A stretch of 64,000 nt of DNA. Source: Seison nebaliae. Its lineage: Eukaryota. Both the position numbers and the translations under genes were made by a program. How positions within the stretch are numbered: position 1 is the stretch's first letter; the number at the start of each line of letters is the position of its first letter. The notes under the pieces were generated by a model. It had not been told where the DNA came from. It was given only the letters and a program-made list of their open reading frames with translations, and did not search any database. Below, piece after piece: positions 1 to 10,017 of the stretch. The stretch lies in the NCBI GenBank assembly GCA_023231475.1, contig JALJEE010000145.1:1-64000 (forward strand), written 5' to 3'.

Positions 1-168
1 ATATTGCACTATCAATTGAAATGATGACTCCTTCAATTTCTCTACAATACATAAGCAGACATCATCCTCACCATGTGATTTCTTCAAATTCATTAGGGAT
101 AATGCGAAACGAACTTCACTCTCAGTGACAATTGTATGATAAAGAATTATTGAAGATGGTATTAGCTT
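1..168 (-). mobile_element. Fragment of a non-LTR retrotransposon ORF2 (RT N-terminal region), running off the window edge
   Basis: Minus-strand frame reads VTESEVRFALSLMNLKKSHGEDDVCLCIVEKL, resembling the LINE 'IT..EV..AL..L...KSPGPDGI' motif; bounded by an in-frame TAA at 169-171. Confidence 0.5.
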
Positions 169-309
169 TTAGGGAATTTTAATAATATTCTAAAATAATT
201 AGAATTATAATCAAAATATTCTTATCTTTTAATTTAAAGCTTCGAATGTTTTTAATTACTTTATTAGAATTCTTTAGAAAATTTAAGGAATATCTGTATG
301 AATTAAACG

Positions 310-961
310 ATGCCATTATCGAAGAGTAAAGAGGATCATGGTTTACAATTGTTGATTTCTGCCCAACGGAATATGATTAAAGCATTAGATATTGCAGGTG
401 CAATTTATAGTAAACGGATTAGCCACATGTAATTTCTAGCTGATTCGTATAGTTCGATTGGGAAGGAGAGACGAACGAAGAAATATTCGTACTCATGTAA
501 CAAGGAATTCGTTGATACAATTAACAATGCGGAGAAGGATGCGTTCAATTATATTTATACTTACATTCAACGATCTACCAGTTCCATTTTCTTCTACTCT
601 CCAAATTCTTTTCATTTTCGAAGTTTTCGATGGAACAAGTCACATCTATCATGAAATGAATGAGTTTAATACGACGAAGATGTTTGTGAAAAATATTTCG
701 AATTCAATAAAAAAATCGAAAAACGAACTTGATATTTATTTTCGGAAAATGAATGATTTGAAGGATGAAAATATGATTCAATCAGAATTAATCAATCGAA
801 TTAATTCGACCATTCTTCCCAATTCAGACGAATTACTTTTTGATAAGAAAAATGATATGAACGACGATTCAGATGAGAATATGTCATCTAACAATTCTTT
901 CGATCATCAAATGGATGACTATGATGATGATGATGATGAAATGTCGATAATAGATGAATAA
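310..961 (+). CDS. Hypothetical protein, 3 exons (introns ~398-439 and ~582-623), acidic C-terminus; may be joined to the next ORF
   Basis: ATG at 310; frame is preserved by GTGCAA..TAG and GTTCCA..AAG introns; no recognisable family. Confidence 0.45.
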
Positions 962-1014
962 TTTTTTTTAATTTTTTTTTATTACCATTAGATTTCATAT
1001 CTCTCTGTGACAAT

Positions 1015-2019
1015 ATGAATCAGAGAGAAGTAATTTTATTGTTGCAAATGTGTGGTCATCGATTTGCTGATCATGTTATTCGAAATCAATCGGTGAAAGA
1101 CGTGGAATTATATCAGCAAATGAGACGGAAAAATGGTGCAGGAAAATTGTTGATGAATGGAATTATCGAATTAAATTCTTTGTCTTATGTAAATTTCCAT
1201 CAATTAATCGATTTCATCAATCGTTCACATTCATCCATTCGTGCCACTCCATTCAACGATTTGGCGATATCGATTGATAAAAATAAGAATTCAATCGATT
1301 TCGATTATGATGAGAATCGATCAGATGGAGAAGAAGTGACAGATCAAATTTTGATTATTCACAAATTAATACCGATAGTGGAAAGTGAAGAGAATGAAGT
1401 TGTTGAGAAGACGTCAATGAAAGTTGAATATGATGAAGAAATGAAGAAATTAATTGAAGAGATTTGTGAGGACACTTGTAACAATTCTCCCACTACACAA
1501 CGAACTACTACAAGTGAAGAAGAAGAATCAATGGAATTGACAGCTAATCAACAAATCAGAAATGAAGAATTCAATCAGTTAATGAAACAATCTCAATATA
1601 ATCAATTATGTATGGGTTTCCTACAAACTCAAATTTTACCATTAGTTCAAAAATTTTATGATTTCCATCATAAAATCGTACGTTCACCACAATCACCAGA
1701 TGGTGAATTGAGGACCATAACGAGAACATCGGAAGAACAAGAAACATTCAAATTATCCAGATTTTGGCGACACATCTTCCAATGGAAAGAAGGAAATGAA
1801 GAGAAAGTTAATGATTTTATGATGATGGAATTCGACAAAGTCAATGAATGTTGGTGGTTAGTGCCTTTGGTAAGAAGGAGAACTATCTGGCTTAGTGGAC
1901 AAATAACTATATATGGAATGAAATATCGGTTAATGGATGAGGATGTGATGGAATTGAATTCATTAAATATTTTCATATCTTTCTCATCGAATAAAAATGT
2001 GTCGATGAATGATCATTAA
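1015..2019 (+). CDS. Hypothetical protein, 334 aa
   Basis: Long ORF in AT-rich DNA, preceded by a poly-U tract and AG at 990-991; no recognised domain. Confidence 0.6.
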   Translation: MNQREVILLLQMCGHRFADHVIRNQSVKDVELYQQMRRKNGAGKLLMNGIIELNSLSYVNFHQLIDFINRSHSSIRATPFNDLAISIDKNKNSIDFDYDENRSDGEEVTDQILIIHKLIPIVESEENEVVEKTSMKVEYDEEMKKLIEEICEDTCNNSPTTQRTTTSEEEESMELTANQQIRNEEFNQLMKQSQYNQLCMGFLQTQILPLVQKFYDFHHKIVRSPQSPDGELRTITRTSEEQETFKLSRFWRHIFQWKEGNEEKVNDFMMMEFDKVNECWWLVPLVRRRTIWLSGQITIYGMKYRLMDEDVMELNSLNIFISFSSNKNVSMNDH

Positions 2020-2082
2020 ATGGAAATTCTCTTTTGAATTATGAAAAAGTTTATTGTGTAAAAAATAATATATTATTTGAGT

Positions 2083-3433
2083 TCATTCATTTTCACTTTT
2101 TTCTACCACATCCTCTACCACCGAAGTGATTGGTAATGCTTCATTATAGACATCATTCCATCGTTGAATCTTATAACGACTCTTCTCTTTAAAGAAGAAA
2201 TATTTGAATAACAAAAAATGAATAATTATTTAACCTTTATAAAGATATTTATCTACCACTTCTATTTTCTTCACGTCTCTCAAACATACCAAAATTAATT
2301 CTTTATTGACTTGTGAGCAAATGACGGAACCAGATTTCATCTAAAAATGAACATAAATTAAAATTAAATAAAATAAAATTTAAAATAAATTGAACGTCTG
2401 TCTGGAAAAGAGAATTAATTTTAGAGATAATGAAATCGTCATTCGATTTGTCCTTCTTACTCACAATATACATATATGGACGTGGAAGATACTCGTTTTG
2501 TTCTTGTTTCAGATCAATAATCTTCAAGTCGACTGAACATAAATTGGCAATTTTGAAAAGATTATTCTCGAAATTCTTCAAATTTTTACGCTGGAAATGT
2601 TTGTATATGAGGCCGGTAGCGAAACTGTCGAAAGCGGCGTCGTGTAATAAATCGCTGGTGTTTTCATGTCTTGCTAATGAATTAATAAACTTCGGATAAT
2701 TATTGGAAATATTGTCTATTAACTTCCTATCATGACGTCTGACATATTTGAACATTGAATTTAAATTATGATCTTCACGTGGTAAATAAGTGAACGCTAA
2801 GACTTTTGTATCAACTAATCCACCTGCAAAGAAATTACAACAATGTTGTTTGTACGATGGCCAATCGGTTGGGATGTTCTCACAAAATTGATTAAGAATT
2901 GCAAAGACATCCGACTTCACATTATGACCAACCATCAACTTTTCACTAAAACGAATTTTTGACAAGATCTTCGTAAAATTCACTTCCACATTCTCATCTT
3001 CTTCATCACTTGACGATTCGTCAATATCACCATCTACTTTCATTTTACTGAAGGGAATGGAATCGCGAAACATCTTATTAAAATCAAAATTTTGTTTACT
3101 GAGGAAATTGATACAAGATGACAAACAGGAAAATTGATCATTATTTGTAGTAGAGAATGATATTGGGAAATCATAAGTAGTCGAATCGTTATCCATCCAT
3201 AATGTCATTCCAAATTGAATAATTCGATAATTTCGACAGAACTTCAACATACTTCGGAAATTATCTTTTGGTAGATTAAATCGGCTCTCATTCTTCAATA
3301 TTCCACTTAATTCCAAATCGAACGATATAAAGTCACATTTGTCTAAATCTTTTGAAAATTTACGAAAATATTTTGGAAAATTATCTTTCGTGACATAATG
3401 TGACATTTCACGATCTTCACTATTGTCTTTCAT
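2083..3433 (-). CDS. PARN/PNLDC1-like CAF1-family (DEDDh) deadenylase, 3 exons
   Basis: Motifs FDLELSG, IIQFG, NFDFNKMF, GHNVKSD, LVDTKVL, LHDAAFDS; two GTT..AG introns near the 3' end extend the frame to TGA at 2083-2085. Confidence 0.85.
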
Positions 3434-4375
3434 TCGTCTATAACTTGTTTGATTATTGTGGTAACTCAATGTAAGTTACCTGCAATTTTTATTAGTTACT
3501 TTTCTCATCACAACCATGTGTATTAGTGCACTCCTTTTCTATGTTAGTTTTACTAATGTGTAAAGTCCATTGAAAAATAAAATAGAGAAATTCGATTTTT
3601 TATTAAAAATGAAGCTTCTTCTGTCCACATTATTGCTGTCGTTAATGTCACCATACAGACATGTCATATTTTATTGGTAAATCCTGATTCGCTCAAGAAT
3701 TATATTGCGACAGGCAAAAATCTTATTTCTACTAACTCCTTTAAGGAGTTATCAATCTTTCTTTTTAATTTACCTCGCTGAGATTTGTTATGAATAAAAA
3801 AAAAGAAAAAAAAATCTAGCAATACTATACGCTTGTATAGGGTTCTTCCTCATTCATTGCCTTCCTCATTCATGTATTACAATAAATTTCATCATAAACG
3901 ATATTGTAATAGAATAATATAAAAAATAATATAATAAATTACAATAATTGTATGTGTATATGATAAGCATTTATTCACTGACAAGTTAGTAAGAATTTAA
4001 ATAAGTGAATTGAGTTTCTCAAGCACAACTTTCAAGAAAAGTTATTCTGGAAAATTCTATTTGGAACGATTGCAATTATCCTATATCTATATAAACGATA
4101 TCTATAAAAAGATAATACGTAATTTTACTCCGAAATACTCCAACTATAGTTGGATAGAATATTACTATAACAAATATATTTGTTAAGTTTATCTATTTTT
4201 CATTAGACTTTTTCATTGTTTTCAGGAAATTTCTTAAAATTAATATTGTATTTTATTGGAAAGAAAAATATGTATTTCTCTACTTCCATGGAAAACAGAC
4301 AATAATAGAAAATCTATAAATAAACGTAGATCTATTATTTACAGCTGATGGAATAAGGAACAGAATCCATAATAA

Positions 4376-5944
4376 TTAGGTCGTTGAATTATCGGAAATA
4401 GAATTGCGAATATATTTCAAAGTATCTCCAACAAGTATTACCGATCCAGTAACTAAAAGGTTCAATTGTTTGATGTTGAAGAGTTCTGGAGAATGAAGGA
4501 ATATGGATTGGAAAGTGGAGTTAATATCTGATGATAAAACCACATTGGTTTTCTTAACATTAGAATAATATTTTTGAATTTCATTAAAAACATCTTGAGT
4601 GCGATCTTTCGTAGATAAAGCACTCGTTGGTGTAACAAAAACGTAGTGAAATTGATGTTTGGGATCGAGAACTTTAATTTGTTCGTTGATTAGTCGTTTC
4701 TTTGTGGAATAGATGATAAGACAATTAAACATATTCTCCTTCTCCTTCATTTCATTGAGATGACGAAAGAACCAATTTGAACAGATTTTCATGCTGATGA
4801 GAGTATGAGCACTATCCAAAAATAATTTAACAGTTAATTGTTTCAATAATTTCTGATAAGTTTCATTTTTTAATTGATAATTGTTCAGATCGATAGATTG
4901 ATATCGTCCAAGCCAAATCGTTTGATTGATACTTTCTCTATATCTCATTAATAAATTGAGGGTATGAGATCGAGATGAATTGAATTGATAATTGACCGAA
5001 TTTCTCGACTTTATGAAATAATCGACAATATAAGTCGCGAGAATAATATTCTCTAATTGTTCTGGTTTCGCAAACGAATAATTTGAAAGGAAATTGTTAT
5101 TTAACATATTCATCATATCCGTCGGAATAATATTCAATTTACTTAATTGATTCTTTGAACATTCTTTCAATTCATTTAAAGCAGCCTTTTGTTGTTGAGA
5201 GATGGTGAATGTGGGAATGTTCTTTTTCATGATACCACCCTTCTCATAAGCGATCTCTTCAATCGTATCTCCTAAAATTTCACAATGATCCAAATCGAGA
5301 AATGTTATTCCACAAACAATCGGTTGTCTGAAAGAATTTGTTTGAAAGAGAAATAAAAATTAAATATAACTGAATTATATTGGTGGAGTCATAACGTCCA
5401 CCAATTCCCACTTCTAGAATTGTTACGTCCACTTTCTCCTTGTGGAAAAGGTAGAATGCTGTGATGGTTAAGAAATCGAAAAAATGTAATAATTTCTCAC
5501 TCATCTTCAATTCATCATACAATTTATTGACGGCTTGAGAGAATTTGGTGGATTCAACAACTTCTCCATTGATCTTTATTCTCTCACTAAAATCGATGAG
5601 ATGTGGTGAAGTGAATAATCCAGTTTTCAGTTTATAATCATTCCTCAATATCGATTCGATGATGGCACATGTCGATCCTTTGCCTTTCGTACCAGCTACA
5701 TGGATCACTCTCAAATCCTTCAATTCTCCATCATTTATATTTAATATTTTCAAATTCTTCTTTATTTCTAATAATCTCTCCGTTTTATCTGGCCATTTCG
5801 ACGTGTCTTGTCTCCGACAAATTCTATTCAACAATTTCTCACATTTCTCATAACTGGAAACATCGTAATTGAAAAGAAGAAATCTTGAACTAACTTCTCA
5901 TCGGCATCTAAACGGATTGGTGGTAGAACATTGAAAAGATTCAT
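4376..5944 (-). CDS. FPGS: Folylpolyglutamate synthase, 3 exons (introns 5854-5894, 5328-5370)
   Basis: HVAGTKGKGST P-loop, TSPHL, EVGIGGRYDSTN, LDHC..LGDT..IA.EK.GI, LDSAHT, LVTGS..LVG; splicing joins ORFs 5280..5834 and 4376..5293. Confidence 0.92.
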
Positions 5945-6768
5945 CTGTTTGAATAATAGTCTCTGTATCAAGTCTAAAGAAAGGAGATCTTCAACTTAAA
6001 TGAACTGTTTTTATCATTCTCCTGCTTCTGAAAACTTCACATACAACGATGTGACGTAAACTAAATTAATCGATAACACCGATAAATTAAATTATACAAT
6101 GAACAAAATGAATCTGAATTATCAATTATTGTCAAAAAAAGATTTATTTGACCCTTATCTATCTTTCGTCTAATTCGAACAATTAGAAACTTGTAATTTA
6201 AATTTAAAATACAAATTTTTCTTTTCATTTAAAACCGCCACTTATTGTTTAAATCGTTCAGTAACATGACTGCGTTCTCCACTATTATTTTCCCATATTA
6301 AAAACTACTCATATAAATTTTATAATTATTGAAAAACGAAAAATAACAAATCGCAAAATCTTCATTGATTATTTCAAGAATTTCAATTTTACTTTTAATC
6401 GTTTTATCGTAAAAATAGTTTAAGTTGCTGCGTTATCGATGTTGTTAATTTCACTTTTAATTTAAAAATTTAAATAAAATAAACGATCTAATCTAGCAAG
6501 TAAACTTAAATTATTATTTGTTCTTAACTATCCTAGAGCAATTGTTACACATATTAGCCAGATATTTAATATATGAACTGTTCGTTATCAGTCTTTCAAG
6601 TTATTCAAATTATTAATTTAAACTGGACATCAAAAACATTTGGGAGTTTTATTGTTCTAGCGATGAGAATAAATGTTCATTCTTAAAGAAATTTTCTTAT
6701 ACTCCAATTAACCTCGAACAGAATAAGTTTAATTGTTATTCAAATATAATTTTGTTCAATGGAAAAAC

Positions 6769-6830
6769 TTACAAGTTTATGTAACATCGAAGAGAGATCA
6801 ACATTCACAATGGTCAAATTAGATATAAAA
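6769..6830 (+). promoter_or_regulatory. Conserved promoter blocks and TATA box of secreted peptide gene copy 1
   Basis: TTACAAGTTTATGTAA (6769-6784) and ATTCACAATGGTCAAATT (6803-6820) are identical upstream of copy 2; TATAAAA at 6824. Confidence 0.55.
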
Positions 6831-6872
6831 TTATACATATTCTTATTTTAGGATCGTATTCAAGAAATTATT

Positions 6873-7118
6873 ATGAGAATTTTTTTTTTAGTTTTGTTGT
6901 TCAGTCTTTTGAGTTTGGGTCTTGGCTATCGCAGCAGAAGATATTACAGCCGACGACGAAGTAGAAGTTATTGGAAACGCAAATATTATGCACAGCTCGC
7001 AAAGTCTACGAATGGTGCATCATTAGATTATTATTCTAATTATTTTCCACGATACACATATCCAGCGTATGGCATAAGAAATCGATATGGTCGACGTTTA
7101 TGGAGACGACGATTTTGA
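6873..7118 (+). CDS. Secreted Arg/Tyr-rich small protein, copy 1 (81 aa)
   Basis: Hydrophobic signal peptide MRIFFLVLLFSLLSLGLG; paralog at 9457 differs only synonymously across a 28-codon core. Confidence 0.85.
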   Translation: MRIFFLVLLFSLLSLGLGYRSRRYYSRRRSRSYWKRKYYAQLAKSTNGASLDYYSNYFPRYTYPAYGIRNRYGRRLWRRRF

Positions 7119-7902
7119 AACGGAATGTTTAACAACAATGCTTAAAATTGAAAGGATTAATTAAAATACGCTATTCAATTTTAATTTCAATTGATTTATG
7201 ATCATTTTATGACAAAAGGAGGAAGTTGTTAATGAAAAATAAGAATATTTTCGTTTAAGCATTTCGAATTTAATTCTTTACTATTATTAATATTATTATG
7301 AATATTAAAAGTTTATTTAATAAAATAAATAACTGAAACCCTGATATGAATCCTTATTTATAATCAACTATTGTCAACTAAAGTAACATATTCGTGAAAT
7401 TCTTCAAATAATTTATGTTTCGTTTTGGAGCGATCATCTGAATCTGCGTTTGATGAATGTTAGTTTCGACCGATTTGTGTTAAGAACTAATTGGATCTTG
7501 ATATTAGAGGATAATTTGTCGGTCCCATGATATTTTCCTATTAGTTAATATGTATTCAAAGCACGGTATTTTTTACTTGTTGACAGCAATTATAACATTG
7601 ATACTAAAAAAATTTTAGTAAAAATTGATCATAATATCAGGAATTAAAAAAACTAAATTTGTCTTTCGAATTCGTCTCGTAAATATTTGATACTATTGAT
7701 AGGGTTCACATACATCTTAATATCTATCTTTTTGGGTTTTGAACTTTGTCAGATTGTTGTTTTTGCATTCTAGTGGTTATGTAAAAATCTTGATCATTTA
7801 ACTTAATTTTTTTTAAAAATAACATCAAAACGATGTCTTATGAGTATAAAACAATTTTCAGGGAAATTGAAGCAATAGGAAGATGTATTTACACATTCAT
7901 TT

Positions 7903-8089
7903 AACATTTTTCGAAAATTTGATTTTTTGGAATATTTCAAACTGATACCCCGAAAATTTTGCTAGAAATTTTTATTTAAATTTAATAAAAATGGCACTAT
8001 GTTGTAGAGCAATTCAACCCGTTTCTAAATATATTACCTGATAGGTTCAATATTTCTTACAAAAAAAGGATATTTTGTAAATTATCTAA
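7903..8089. repeat. ~190-bp dispersed repeat, copy A
   Basis: Aligns with 8902-9104; shared blocks AACATTTTTCGAAAATTTGA, GGCACTATGTTGTAGAGCAATT and AATATTTCTTACAAAAAA..GGATATTTTGTAAATT. Confidence 0.85.
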
Positions 8090-8901
8090 AAAATTTACAT
8101 GATTTTGCAGTCAATCCTGCTGTAATCTGCAAAATTTCACAAACTGGAATGATACGACTTTTGTACCTCGAAATTAGTAATGTTCATGCGATATCATTGT
8201 CCCCTCAAGAAGAGGAATTGTTATGACAAATTCAAACGAACAATATTCCAACGAAACTTTCTAAGAGAAAGAGTTGCCCGAGTTTTGCGATGATAAATGG
8301 AGGAGAAATTCGGAATAGGAGGACGTGAGAAACTGTGTTGAGGAATGGTTGTGGCAGAAAAGTGTGCGAGGATAGAAAGTAGATCATCATGAAGGGTGTG
8401 CTCCAAAGAAGAAGTCGCCAGTTGTTGCCGTTGGAAAGAGAATTTACAAAAGAAACTGGTTCGGTACGGCTAAGCGATGTCGACAGGACGGTTGTGATCG
8501 AGAGTGTGAGGTTTAAGAGAGTGAGAAATGGTTCCAGAGATCCGTAGATGATCAGATATTTTCAAAAAATGGGAGTCAATCATAATATCACATTCGACAA
8601 TGGAAGATCCTAAAGTGTCACTTACGATAAAATGGTCAATTCAAGAACTGCCATTATGTCCCTTGAATTCAAATAAAAAGTACAATCTCAAAAACATCGA
8701 CACAATTCATCTCAAAAAGTATCTAACACCCAAAAAGGAAGTGGTCGTTCTTCATGATTATATGAAAAACATCATTCATCCACAGACTACCCTAAAATTA
8801 CCGTCAAAGATTACTTAATTGCGATCATTTCAAGGTGGAAGAAGTGAAAGAAGCCAAGAGGAGACAGCTCTCACGGACTTTGACTTTGCTTAACGGACTT
8901 G

Positions 8902-9104
8902 AACATTTTTCGAAAATTTGAGTTCTTGGAATATTTCAAACTGAAAATTCGGAAATTTCGATAGAAATTTTAATTTAAACAATTAGAAATTTAAAAAAAA
9001 AGGCACTATGTTGTAGAGCAATTTAACCTGTTTCTAAATATATTAAATTCAACCTAGTAGGTTGAATATTTCTTACAAAAAAGGATATTTTGTAAATTGT
9101 CTAA
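8902..9104. repeat. ~200-bp dispersed repeat, copy B (direct orientation to copy A)
   Basis: Aligns with 7903-8089; contains a perfect 10-bp inverted repeat ATTCAACCTA-G-TAGGTTGAAT at 9047-9067. Confidence 0.85.
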
Positions 9105-9357
9105 CATAGTAGTCACCTAATGTCTAATATCTAATACCGAATAGCCAGTACCTAATAGCTAAAACCTAATAAGAATTTCTTAGATTGTTAGGAGGAAGAT
9201 TTCCATCCTACTCATCCTACGGTTGGGTATTGAAAAAATCTTTATATTTTTTGTTGCGAATTAATGTTGAGGAAAAAAGTTCATTCATATTCAAATCAAT
9301 TTGGTAAAGAATAACTTTACTTGTTATTGTAATGTGAGTTTTCTTCAATGAAAGATT

Positions 9358-9420
9358 TTACAAGTTTATGTAATACTGAGGAGATATTTATATTCACAAT
9401 GGTCAAATTGTTATATATAA
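9358..9420 (+). promoter_or_regulatory. Conserved promoter blocks and TATA box of secreted peptide gene copy 2
   Basis: Same two blocks as copy 1 at 9358-9373 and 9392-9409; TATATAA at 9414. Confidence 0.55.
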
Positions 9421-9456
9421 CTATAGTGATTCTACTTTATCATTGGAGAAATTAAA

Positions 9457-9735
9457 ATGAGAATTTTTCTTTTAGTTTTTTTAGTCAGTCTTTTAACTTT
9501 AGCGTTCGGCTACCGCAGAGGTAGATATTTCGGTCGACGCCGAAGTAGAACTTCTTGGAAAAGAAAATATTATGCACAACTTGCAAAGTCCACCAATGGC
9601 GCATCGTTAGATTATTATTCGAACTATTTTCCACGATACCGATATCCATCCTATGGTATAAGAAGTCAATATCGTCGACGCATGTGGAGAGATCGATTTT
9701 GGGATCGATTTGGTCACATTGTCAACCAAGATTGA
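9457..9735 (+). CDS. Secreted Arg/Tyr/Trp-rich small protein, copy 2 (92 aa)
   Basis: Signal peptide; paralog of 6873..7118. Confidence 0.85.
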   Translation: MRIFLLVFLVSLLTLAFGYRRGRYFGRRRSRTSWKRKYYAQLAKSTNGASLDYYSNYFPRYRYPSYGIRSQYRRRMWRDRFWDRFGHIVNQD

Positions 9736-10017
9736 ATCGGACGATTCGATGAATGTGAATTTTATTTCCATTAATTAAAATCATTTTATCAAAAAGAGAG
9801 AAAGATGTAAATGAAATGTAAGAACGTTTTTTTGATTAGTTTGTTACCTTAATATTCTTTCAACAAATAAAGTGTAGTGGGATGAGAAAAATGGAGATGA
9901 AGTTATCAGAGAACTCCAACTTGTCAATGAAGTTTAGACAAGATTGGATGTATAAATATGATGAATTGTTAAATAACCGGTCGAGGTAGTAGGAGGAGGA
10001 GGAAATGGAAAAGAGGT

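Noticed and set aside
3733..3751. 9-bp inverted repeat TAACTCCTT-T-AAGGAGTTA and a nearby short direct repeat
   Set aside because: Short and isolated; plausible by chance in AT-rich DNA, with no supporting context
8221..8818. Short ORFs 8221..8406 and 8600..8818, with a faint LINE C-terminus resemblance
   Set aside because: Interrupted by stops and frameshifts; similarity too weak to call
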